Positions 30,515-38,976 of a stretch of 64,000 bases of DNA are shown piece after piece. Location of the stretch: assembly GCA_903885565.1 (NCBI GenBank), contig CAISJI010000146.1, positions 6,389 through 70,388 on the forward strand, given 5' to 3'. Both the position numbers and the translations under genes were made by a program. The notes under the pieces are model-generated. The model was not told the origin of the DNA, ran no database searches, and was given only the letters and a program-made list of their open reading frames with translations. The DNA is from an uncultured Planctomycetaceae bacterium. Lineage in GTDB: Bacteria > Planctomycetota > Planctomycetia > Pirellulales > UBA1268. The stretch's first letter is position 1. Every line of letters starts with the position of its first letter.

Positions 30515-32158
30515 ATGAGCACCTGGACTATCCCGCGTCGTATCTCGTTCGGCTTCATCACGCTCGTTCTGCTCTCGCTGCTGTTGGGCGGCTTGGGCCT
30601 CTGGCGGGTGTTGGCCGTCAATAAAAACGTCTTCAATCTGGCGACCAACTCCGTCCCCTCGGTGGTGACGCTCAACAAGATCATCCAGTTCAATAACGAC
30701 GCGGCCAAGTATGTCCGCAAGATCGTCGATCAGGCGGCCGACGAGAAGGTCGTGGCCGCTTCCGAGGCCTCGTTTCAGGCCGCTCGCAAGGGGGCCGATG
30801 AACTTATTAATGCCTACGAAAAGCTCTTCTCCGATCCCAAGGATGAGCAGCTTTTTCGCGCTGCCCAGGCATCGCGGAATACATTGATGACCGCCTCCGA
30901 CAAGGTGATCGATCTGGTGCGCAGCAAGCGGGTGGAGGAGGCTACCAACCTCCAGCGGGCCGAGATCGAACCGGTCCTCGATGCTGCTACAAAGGGCTTT
31001 AATGAAGACATCGACTACAATATCAAGCTCGCCGAAGATGAAGCCAAAATGGCGCAGGAGAAGGTGACGGCCAGTTTCTGGATGATTCTCCCCACGCTGG
31101 CTACAGCGGGCCTGCTCGGGGCGATCATCGGCTGGACAATCATCCGGGCGGTGAGCAGGTCGCTCGGCCAGATCTCCGATTCGCTCGAGGAAGGGGCGAC
31201 GCAAACGGCCAGCGCCTCCGGCCAGCTTTCCTCCGCCAGCCAGTCGCTCGCCGAGGGCTGCCAGGAGCAGGGCTCGAGCGTCGCTGAAACAAGTGCCGCT
31301 CTGGAAGAGATGTCGGTGATGATCCGCAGCACCGCCGACAACGCCGAAAAGGCCAAGTCGTTTGCCAACGAGGCCCGGCTGGCGGCTCAGACCGGTGCCC
31401 AGACGATGGTGGAGATGAACACCGCCATGCACGCCATCGAGGCCTCCAGTGCCGAGGTGGCCAAGATCGTGAAGAATATCGACGAGATCGCGTTCCAGAC
31501 CAACATCCTCGCCCTCAACGCCGCCGTCGAAGCGGCCCGGGCAGGGGAGGCTGGAGCTGGATTCGCCGTGGTGGCCGACGAGGTGCGTTCGCTCGCTCAG
31601 CGGAGTGCTGCTGCCGCCAAGGAAACAGCCGAGAAGATCGAGGCGGCGATCGCCAACAGCCAGCGGGGATCGATCAGCTGCACCAAGGTGGGCGAATCGC
31701 TCGAAGAGATCGTGGCGAAGGTTGCCGCTGCCGATGCCCTCGTGGCTGAGATTTCCACCGCTGCCAAGGAGCAGTCGCAGGGGATCCAGCAGGTGGGCGT
31801 GGCGATGACGCAGCTGGATAAGGTGACGCAGGGCAATGCCACCAATGCCCAGCAGAGTGCCAGTGCCGCCGAGCAGCTCAATAGCCAGGCCCATGTCCTG
31901 CAAGACACCGTCTCCTTCCTCCGCTCCCTGATCTCGGGAGTGCAGGCGGGCAGCCGGAATAGAACTGTCGCTCCGCGGGCCAGGGCGACGCTGCGGCAGC
32001 CGCAGGCTCTCCCGAGCCGGGCCTCTGGCCGGCCGGCCCTGCGGTATGAGGGCTCGGCCCGGCCGCTGGCCGACGCCCGGCGGGCCGGATCGCAGATTCC
32101 AATGCCCGAGGACAAAGGCGGGGCCGATCAGGAAGACCGGAACTTCACGAATTTCTAA
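30515..32158 (+). CDS. Methyl-accepting chemotaxis protein (two TM segments, helical periplasmic domain, C-terminal NFTNF pentapeptide)
   Basis: TM1: [19 protein letters not shown]. Periplasmic helices, then TM2: [18 protein letters not shown]. Signalling domain with hairpin tip [43 protein letters not shown]. The ORF ends ...[10 protein letters not shown]. Confidence 0.9.
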   Translation: MSTWTIPRRISFGFITLVLLSLLLGGLGLWRVLAVNKNVFNLATNSVPSVVTLNKIIQFNNDAAKYVRKIVDQAADEKVVAASEASFQAARKGADELINAYEKLFSDPKDEQLFRAAQASRNTLMTASDKVIDLVRSKRVEEATNLQRAEIEPVLDAATKGFNEDIDYNIKLAEDEAKMAQEKVTASFWMILPTLATAGLLGAIIGWTIIRAVSRSLGQISDSLEEGATQTASASGQLSSASQSLAEGCQEQGSSVAETSAALEEMSVMIRSTADNAEKAKSFANEARLAAQTGAQTMVEMNTAMHAIEASSAEVAKIVKNIDEIAFQTNILALNAAVEAARAGEAGAGFAVVADEVRSLAQRSAAAAKETAEKIEAAIANSQRGSISCTKVGESLEEIVAKVAAADALVAEISTAAKEQSQGIQQVGVAMTQLDKVTQGNATNAQQSASAAEQLNSQAHVLQDTVSFLRSLISGVQAGSRNRTVAPRARATLRQPQALPSRASGRPALRYEGSARPLADARRAGSQIPMPEDKGGADQEDRNFTNF

Positions 32159-32307
32159 GCCCTGGCTCTGAACCGTGATTCTTCCCGGGGCGTACGATGG
32201 AGCATGGCCTCACCGGCTGCCGGGGCCCATCCCTGTTCCCCACAGGGCTGGGCCGAGAATGGATTCCCCCCACTGGCGGCTCCGCAGCGAGCCCGCAGCG
32301 CACCACC

Positions 32308-33153
32308 ATGCTCTTTCCCCACGAAGCTCATCTCTCAGCCACCGCCTACGATTTTCTGGCCAACCTCGTTTATGAGCGGAGCCGGATCAGACTCGGTCCC
32401 GACCGGCAGACGCTGGTCACCGGCCGGCTACGGCAGCGGGTGCAGTCGCTGGGGATGGCCGACTACGAAGAATACTGCGAGTTGCTCAAGTCGCCCGAGG
32501 GGGAGGATGAGGTCGATTCGCTGATCGATCTGATTTCGACCAACCACACCCACTTCTTTCGCGAAGCCTCCCATTTCGACCTCCTCACCCGGCAACTGCT
32601 GCCGGGGCTGGCCGACCGTGCGGTGGCGGGAATGCGGGGCCTGAGGTTTTGGTGTGCCGCCTGTTCCTCTGGCGAGGAGACCTATTCCCTCGCGATCGTG
32701 CTGGCCGAATTCTGCCGGCTGCGGCCGGCGGTGCAGTGGCATATCGACGCTTCTGATATCTCGCAGCGGATGCTCGATCGCTGCCAGCAGGGGATCTACG
32801 ACGGCGATAAGGTGAGCCTCCCCGCTCCGGAATTCCTGGAACGCTATTTCCAGCGGGGGTTCGGCGAACGTGACGGCTATTACAGGGTAAAATCAGAGCT
32901 GCGGCGGCATGTCAGCGTGCGATACGTTAATCTCTTCCAGGATGTCTATCCGGTGCCGTTGGCTCAGGATGTCATCTTCTGCAGGAACGTCATGATCTAT
33001 TTCGACGTGCCGAGCAGGAAGATTCTGGTCGACCGACTGACCGATCAGTTGGCTCCGGGGGGGTATCTGTTTGTGGGCCATTCGGAAAGCCTTATCGGCA
33101 TCCGGCATCGGCTCAAAACGGTCGGCCCAAGTGTCTATATGCGTCCTGACTGA
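32308..33153 (+). CDS. cheR: Chemotaxis protein methyltransferase CheR
   Basis: ATG at 32308 verified. Motifs: TNHTHFFRE, FWCAACSSGEETYSLA, IFCRNVMIYFD. Confidence 0.87.
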   Translation: MLFPHEAHLSATAYDFLANLVYERSRIRLGPDRQTLVTGRLRQRVQSLGMADYEEYCELLKSPEGEDEVDSLIDLISTNHTHFFREASHFDLLTRQLLPGLADRAVAGMRGLRFWCAACSSGEETYSLAIVLAEFCRLRPAVQWHIDASDISQRMLDRCQQGIYDGDKVSLPAPEFLERYFQRGFGERDGYYRVKSELRRHVSVRYVNLFQDVYPVPLAQDVIFCRNVMIYFDVPSRKILVDRLTDQLAPGGYLFVGHSESLIGIRHRLKTVGPSVYMRPD

Positions 33154-33207
33154 CAGCCGTCTGAAGAATCATCACGGTCGTTTCTCCAGCATTCTGCACG
33201 GTGATCC

Positions 33208-34341
33208 ATGAGCATCCTCCAACCTCCCCCCCGGCTGCGCGTGCTGGTCGTCGACGATTCGGCGCTGGTGCGCAAGGCGATCACCGATGCCCTCAATCAG
33301 GATCCCGAGATCGAGGTGGTGGGATCGGCCTGCGATCCCTACGTGGCCCGCGAGAAGATCATGCGGCTCAATCCCGATGTGATCACGCTCGATCTGGAAA
33401 TGCCCCGCATGGACGGGCTGACATTCCTGCGGATCCTGATGCAGCACCATCCCATGCCGGTGGTGGTTGTCAGTTCGCTGGCGCAGGCCGGCTCGCAGGT
33501 GGCGATGGATGCCCTCGATGCCGGTGCTGTGGATGTGCTCGCCAAGCCGAATGGCACGATGTCGGTCGGCGCTCTGGCCGGCCGGCTGGCCTTTCATGTG
33601 AAGGCTGCCGCCGCGGCGAGTCGCTTCCGTCCCTCCCGGCTCCGCGAGGAGCGGGCCGCCGCTGTCGCTCCGGCCACCCCCGCGGCCAAGCAGGCTCCCG
33701 AGGCTGCCACGCCGCAGGTCCCGCTGGCCCCCTACACCGGCAAAATCGACAGCCGGCAATTGATCCTGATCGGCGCCTCCACCGGGGGTGTTGAGGCCCT
33801 GCGGGCGGTGCTGCCGCATCTGCCTGCCGGCCTGCCGCCGATCGCCGTCGTGCAGCACATCTCCCCCTACTTCTCCAAGGCGGTCGCGGGACGGCTCAAT
33901 ACGATCTGCCAGATGGAGGTGAGCGAAGCGGAGGATGGGATGATCCTCAAACGCGGCACCTGCGTGATCGCGCCGGGAGATTTTCATCTGGCCCTCTCCT
34001 GGCAAGGAGAGGGCTACCGCACCCGGCTCACCCAGAGCCCTCCGGTGCACCATTGCCGCCCCTCGGTCGATGTGCTCTTCCGCTCGGCAGCCGAGGCGGC
34101 AGGCGCGCATGTCGTCGCCGCCCTGCTCACCGGCATGGGGAGCGACGGAGCGATGGGAATGCAGGCGATTCGCAAGGCGGGGGGCCGCACGATCGCCGAG
34201 CATGAAAAGACCTGCGTCGTCTACGGCATGCCGAGGGCGGCGATCGAATTGGGGGTCGTCGACCAGATTCTGCCCCTGCCGCAGATTGCCGGGGCCATCT
34301 TTGAGGCCGTCACCCGCCGGCTGGCTCCCGTCCACGCCTGA
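33208..34341 (+). CDS. cheB: Protein-glutamate methylesterase CheB (REC + esterase)
   Basis: REC: VLVVDDSALVRK, VITLDLEMPRMDG. Esterase: IGASTGG, VVQH, LTGMGSDG. Confidence 0.9.
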   Translation: MSILQPPPRLRVLVVDDSALVRKAITDALNQDPEIEVVGSACDPYVAREKIMRLNPDVITLDLEMPRMDGLTFLRILMQHHPMPVVVVSSLAQAGSQVAMDALDAGAVDVLAKPNGTMSVGALAGRLAFHVKAAAAASRFRPSRLREERAAAVAPATPAAKQAPEAATPQVPLAPYTGKIDSRQLILIGASTGGVEALRAVLPHLPAGLPPIAVVQHISPYFSKAVAGRLNTICQMEVSEAEDGMILKRGTCVIAPGDFHLALSWQGEGYRTRLTQSPPVHHCRPSVDVLFRSAAEAAGAHVVAALLTGMGSDGAMGMQAIRKAGGRTIAEHEKTCVVYGMPRAAIELGVVDQILPLPQIAGAIFEAVTRRLAPVHA

Positions 34342-34435
34342 GTTTTCTCGCGGCAAACGCGGAAAAAACTGGAATCGACCCCCACCTCCCCGGCGGGCTA
34401 GACTTCCGGCTTCATCTTCCGCGAAAGGACTCGCC

Positions 34436-35404
34436 ATGCGATCGAAACTGCTCAGGGGGTGTGCGTCTGTGGTGGCCGGCTGGATGCTTCTGGGCACGGT
34501 TTCGCCCGAGGCCCACGCGCAGTTCGCCCAGGCCAGCGGCGCCAGCGAAACGCAAACTGTGGTGGGGGCCCGCAATGCCCTCGATCAGTTTTTCGCGATC
34601 CCGATGGAATCGATCCCCCCAGCCATGCTCGCCGCTGCGGAGGGGGTGGCGATCTTCCCGAACATGATCAAGGGAGGATTTATCTTTGGGGTGAACTACG
34701 GCAAGGGGGTGCTGCATGTGCGCCGGCCCGACCGCAGTTGGAGCCCGCCGGTGATGGTGACGATGGGAGGGGGCAGCGTTGGATTCCAGGCGGGAGTTCA
34801 GGCCGCCGACATCATTCTTGTATTTGCCACCCCCCGCAGCCTGCAGGGGATTCTGAATGGCCAGAAGGTGACGCTCGGGGCCGATGCCTCGATCGCCGCC
34901 GGACCGATCGGGATGTCGGCCAACGCCGGCACCGATGCGAGACTCGGCGCCGAGATCTATTCCTACGCCCGCAGCCGGGGACTGTTTCTGGGGGTTTCGC
35001 TCGGTGGCAGCGATCTCTCCGTCGATCACAATGCCGATGCGATGCTCTACAGCCGGTTCAATGTGACCCCCGCCGATGTTTTCGAGGGGCGTGGCTTGGC
35101 AATCCGTCCGGAAGTGCAGCAACTCATCGACGACCTCAATTCCAAGTCGCGGCCGGCAATCGTGCAGGCCCCGGGAGCCGTTCCCTTTCCGACCACCCAG
35201 CCAGTGCCGGTGCAGCCCGTTTCGGCGCAGCCAGTTCCGCTGCAGCCAGGAGCCGTGCAACCCTTCCCCTACCAGCCGCCGGCACAAGTGCCAGCGGCCC
35301 CGGTCGCGGCGCCGATTCCAGTCGCTGCGCCAGTGCCTTTTTCCCCGCCATTGAGCCCTGCACCTGCGGCAGCCAATCCACCGCTGGTGCCGATCCAGCA
35401 GTAG
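34436..35404 (+). CDS. Secreted SYLF (Ysc84/DUF500-like) lipid-binding domain protein with Pro-rich C-terminal tail
   Basis: ATG at 34436, signal peptide MRSKLLRGCASVVAGWMLLGTVSPEAHA. SYLF-like core: GVAIFPNMIKGGFIFGVNYGKGVL, GGGSVGFQAGVQ, IYSYARSRGLFLGVSLGGS. The last roughly 75 aa are P/V/A/Q repeats. Confidence 0.65.
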   Translation: MRSKLLRGCASVVAGWMLLGTVSPEAHAQFAQASGASETQTVVGARNALDQFFAIPMESIPPAMLAAAEGVAIFPNMIKGGFIFGVNYGKGVLHVRRPDRSWSPPVMVTMGGGSVGFQAGVQAADIILVFATPRSLQGILNGQKVTLGADASIAAGPIGMSANAGTDARLGAEIYSYARSRGLFLGVSLGGSDLSVDHNADAMLYSRFNVTPADVFEGRGLAIRPEVQQLIDDLNSKSRPAIVQAPGAVPFPTTQPVPVQPVSAQPVPLQPGAVQPFPYQPPAQVPAAPVAAPIPVAAPVPFSPPLSPAPAAANPPLVPIQQ

Positions 35405-35437
35405 GGGCCAGCAGGAGGCGAGCCGGCTGCGTCGCTA

Positions 35438-36442
35438 TCAGGCGTTGCGGGTGAGCTTGCGGTATTTCCGCTCGAGCCGTTTGCGGATGCTGAAGATCGT
35501 GGCCGGCACCCGGTGGAGCCCGAGCGTTTGCAGGAGCCCACGGCGCCGCGCTACCGGTTCGATCGGCGTTTCGAAGATGCGAGTGAACTGCGCGAGGATG
35601 CGGTCGGGATCGACACAGGCGGGCACCTGGTTGTTTCTCAGCCAAGGCTCTTCGACAACCGCGCGGTAGAGATCGGGATTGCGATCGACCTCGATCACCC
35701 GCTCCACAAGATCTTGAAGCGTGGGGGAATCATGCGCGGAGAGAAAACTCCGCGTGTTGAAATCGCATCCCACCAGCGGATCGCCCCAGTAGATCGGGAC
35801 CGAATCGACGAGCATCGGCTCGACAACTTTCTCGGTGGTGTAGCCGGGATGCGATTCATTCTCAAACGCGATCGTGAACCGGCATTCTGCCAGAAAGGCC
35901 CGCTTGTCGGCCACGCGATGGCCGAGCGTGTTAAACACCTTGCCGCCGGAATCGACCGGCTTGTAGCGGGAAAGCCGCCGGAAGAAATTGTTGCGCGTCC
36001 GGCAGAGCGGATTGGACACCACAAATCCGCAAAATCGGGTCTTGCGCGCAAGCATGGCATCGAGATCGCGCCCGAGCGGCTTCACGAGCCGGTTGGGATC
36101 GGTGTAGAGCGCCCACAGCGGAAGCCGGAAGTGGCGCGGATGATCGGTGTATTCGAACGTGAAGGCCCAATCGCAGGCGAGCCAGTCGGGCGGGACGTTT
36201 TCGCCGGTGTAGAAGATCCGCACGCAGTCGTATTTGAGAAAATCTTTCCGCCGGCTGCCGATGCAGGAATAGATGATGTAGTCGGGGGTGTCGCTGATCT
36301 CCACTCGATACCGTTGCTGCAGGATCTGCGTGAAGAAGTTGTCTTCAGTATTAAAGTCATCCCAGAAGCCGACGAAGCGGATGCGAACAACCGGGCGTGA
36401 ATCGGTGGACTGCGGCTGGAGTGGCACGGCCTGTCTCCTCAT
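35438..36442 (-). CDS. GT10 family alpha-1,3/4-fucosyltransferase
   Basis: ATG at 36442 verified; the track ORF is extended to 37114 through the overlapping upstream gene. Carries the hallmark GT10 motif FTIAFENESHPGYTTEK (FxxxFENxxxxxYxTEK), plus YTGEN and FCGFVVSN. Confidence 0.85.
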   Translation of the reverse strand: MRRQAVPLQPQSTDSRPVVRIRFVGFWDDFNTEDNFFTQILQQRYRVEISDTPDYIIYSCIGSRRKDFLKYDCVRIFYTGENVPPDWLACDWAFTFEYTDHPRHFRLPLWALYTDPNRLVKPLGRDLDAMLARKTRFCGFVVSNPLCRTRNNFFRRLSRYKPVDSGGKVFNTLGHRVADKRAFLAECRFTIAFENESHPGYTTEKVVEPMLVDSVPIYWGDPLVGCDFNTRSFLSAHDSPTLQDLVERVIEVDRNPDLYRAVVEEPWLRNNQVPACVDPDRILAQFTRIFETPIEPVARRRGLLQTLGLHRVPATIFSIRKRLERKYRKLTRNA

Positions 36443-37971
36443 GCCCCAGCCGCCAGCAGCGTGGAGAGCCGCTGCCAGAGAGTCCACAGCCCAATCGCAA
36501 AAAACCCGGCTGCCGAGAGGCAGATCAACAGATCCCAGGCAGGAGACGGCCGCAGGCGCTGGTCGATCGCCCAATAGCGGAAATAGAGCACCGCCACGCC
36601 GAGCGCTGCCAGCATGATCGCTTGGGCGATGCCGCTGGCGAGCACCATCGCCACCGGCTCGCGAATCCAGAGGGCCAGCCCGAGGGCCATCAGGGGCCAG
36701 AGCGTTGAGATCCGCCGATTCCACCGGCTGCGAGTGGCGTCGTCCCCGGGCAATCTGCCGGCGAGGATCAGGCCATCCACCACCATCCGGGCATTGCCGG
36801 CCGCCGCCACGAAGAGCGTTGAATAGAGCACGGCGAAGGCACCGATCAAAAACGCCCCCGCCGCCCACTGCCCAAACACCGGGGCATACATCGCTCCAAG
36901 CGTGCGCACCATCTCGCCGCCGGAGGGGCGGAGGTTCAGCCGGCCGAGCGTGGCCGCCCCGAGGAGATAAAAAGCGACGGTGACAGTCGTGTAGACCACC
37001 ATCGATACCCAGGCATCCAGATGCATCACCCGCAGCCAACCGCGGGCCCGCTCGGCCCAGGCCGCCGAGCCATCGCGCGGCCCGACCGCCCTGCCGTAAC
37101 CTTTTTCCAGGCACCAGTAGGGGTAGATCATCAGTTCGCTCGCCCCCACGCCGATGATCCCCAGCGTGGCAAGCGCCGTCATCACGGGGGATCTTCCGCC
37201 GGTAGCCACCGGCAGCGATGGCATCAGACCGCTGGCAAATTCAGGCCACGAAATGGCCCAGGCAGGATCGGCCTGCAGCAGGCCCAGCGCCAGCAGCGTG
37301 ACGAGCGTGAACGTGCCGACGAGCAACACCGACACCACTTCGATGAGCCTGTAGCGCCCCACCGCCAGCAGCACCGCCGTGACCACGCCGGTCACCACCG
37401 CCCAGATCGATTCGTCGGGCGGGATGGCCAAGCCTTTCATATCGGACTCGAGCTGAGCGAGCCGTTGTCGGGATTCGGTGGCTCCGGTCAGATCCCCCTG
37501 ACGCTCCCGGGCCGCGGCCGCAATGCGCAGCGCCGCGGCTTCGTCGTGACCGCTGTTCCAGGCCCGCCCGGCGGCTGAAACAGGAATGCCGGCAGCGAGG
37601 GTTTGGGCGACGCCCGCCAGAATGCCCCCCTGCTGCACGAGAATGAGCGTCGTCATCACGGCCCACGCCCAGTAGATCCAGCCGCGCCCGGCGAAGCGGG
37701 GACCGGGCACGCGATCGAATGCCGCCAGTGGCGTGCGGCCCCAGGTGAGCGTGGCGCGGCCGATTTCGATCTGCGCCGCCACCTTGATGGCGCAGCCCAG
37801 AATGATCAGCCAGAGGAGCACGAATCCTGCCTCGGCGCCGACGGTGGTGGTGGCGATCAGTTCGCCGCTCCCCACGATCGAACTGGCCAGGACGATTCCC
37901 GGGCCGAGGTGCTTGAGTGCCGCGCCGAGCGTGCGCGGTGGATCGGACGTTTCAGGTGGCTGAGGCATCAT
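36439..37971 (-). CDS. NRAMP-superfamily transporter with non-canonical TM1 motif
   Basis: 510 aa with about 11-12 TM segments. LGPGIVLASSIVGSGELIATTTVGA aligns with the MntH sequence [25 protein letters not shown], but DPGN is replaced by GSGE. The stop overlaps the GT10 ATG (ATGA, 36439-36442). Confidence 0.7.
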   Translation of the reverse strand: MMPQPPETSDPPRTLGAALKHLGPGIVLASSIVGSGELIATTTVGAEAGFVLLWLIILGCAIKVAAQIEIGRATLTWGRTPLAAFDRVPGPRFAGRGWIYWAWAVMTTLILVQQGGILAGVAQTLAAGIPVSAAGRAWNSGHDEAAALRIAAAARERQGDLTGATESRQRLAQLESDMKGLAIPPDESIWAVVTGVVTAVLLAVGRYRLIEVVSVLLVGTFTLVTLLALGLLQADPAWAISWPEFASGLMPSLPVATGGRSPVMTALATLGIIGVGASELMIYPYWCLEKGYGRAVGPRDGSAAWAERARGWLRVMHLDAWVSMVVYTTVTVAFYLLGAATLGRLNLRPSGGEMVRTLGAMYAPVFGQWAAGAFLIGAFAVLYSTLFVAAAGNARMVVDGLILAGRLPGDDATRSRWNRRISTLWPLMALGLALWIREPVAMVLASGIAQAIMLAALGVAVLYFRYWAIDQRLRPSPAWDLLICLSAAGFFAIGLWTLWQRLSTLLAAGA

Positions 37972-38932
37972 CGGCAGATTTCATCCATTGGAGCATCTCG
38001 CGGAGGGCATCCTGTGTGGAATAGGGATGAACGTACCCCGCCGCGACGAGCTTGTCGCACGGAAAGATGCTCACCTCCTCGATCGCCCGCAGGCGGGAGC
38101 TGGTGAGCGGGAAATCGCGTCCTGAAAGAGCGCAGAAGAGGTCGCCCAGCGGCGCCACGCAGCAGGCCAGCCACGCAGGCACCCGGCGGGGAGGAGGGGC
38201 CGCGGCCAGCGTTGCAATCAGCGTGGCGAGGTCGTGGAGCGAGAATGTTTCCCGATCAGAGACGTTGAACGTTTCGCAGCCGGGGCTGGCCAGCCCAAGG
38301 GCAAACCCAATCGCGGCGGCGAGGTTGGTGCGGGAGACGACTGATTTGCAGGTGGCGCCCCGCCCCACGAGGCAGGGCCTGCCGGCCCTGATCTGCCTGA
38401 CAAAGGCGGCCAGATTGGCTTCGTTTCCGGGCCCATACACCGGCGCCGGCCGGAGGATCGAGGCGGTGCGCCGGGGATCGGCAGCGGCCCAGCGGCGCAC
38501 CCGTTCCTCAGCCCGCGCTTTGGAGCCGCCGTAGTTTGCCGCTGTTTCCAGGGGAGCCTCTTCGAGACGCGGACTGGAGTCGGGGGCGACAGCTTTAATC
38601 GAACTGACGCAGACAAACCGTCGCACTCCCTGCCGGGTCGCCCAGTCGAGCCAGTCCTGCGTGCCCCCCCCGTTCACCTGCTCAAAGGACTCCAGATCTG
38701 CCGCGGTCGGTTTGGGCACATGCTGCCGCACCTCCAGATGGACCACCGCCTCAATGCCAGAGCCAGACCTCGACCCAGAGAGAAATTCCTCGCGGGTGGC
38801 CCCCTGCCAGCCCGCGGGGAGGGAGTCGGGCGGGGTGCGGCCGGTGGCCCAGCCACCATGGCCGGCGGCAGTCAGCCAGGGGATAAGACCCCGGCCCACA
38901 AATCCACTGGCTCCTGTGACGAGCACATTCAT
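37952..38932 (-). CDS. NAD-dependent epimerase/dehydratase (extended SDR)
   Basis: ATG at 38932 gives MNVLVTGASGFVGRGL (Rossmann motif). Catalytic YGGSKARAE (YxxxK). It overlaps the NRAMP-like start by 20 nt. Confidence 0.8.
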   Translation of the reverse strand: MNVLVTGASGFVGRGLIPWLTAAGHGGWATGRTPPDSLPAGWQGATREEFLSGSRSGSGIEAVVHLEVRQHVPKPTAADLESFEQVNGGGTQDWLDWATRQGVRRFVCVSSIKAVAPDSSPRLEEAPLETAANYGGSKARAEERVRRWAAADPRRTASILRPAPVYGPGNEANLAAFVRQIRAGRPCLVGRGATCKSVVSRTNLAAAIGFALGLASPGCETFNVSDRETFSLHDLATLIATLAAAPPPRRVPAWLACCVAPLGDLFCALSGRDFPLTSSRLRAIEEVSIFPCDKLVAAGYVHPYSTQDALREMLQWMKSADDASAT

Positions 38933-38976
38933 GACACCATGATCCTCGGGCAGGGGGGCACTTTTCCCACAGCCTG

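Noticed and set aside
34070-35404. Long N-terminal extensions of track ORFs: 34070 for the SYLF gene, 57452-58633, 35438-37114, 23883-25823, 14983-15990, 10313-11392, 22483 and 44667.
   Set aside because: The track uses the most upstream ATG/GTG/TTG (verified: 140 is TTG, 9334 GTG, 48882 GTG, 59178 TTG). The extensions overlap upstream genes or have junk composition. Family alignments and 4-nt stop/start overlaps point to the internal starts that I report.
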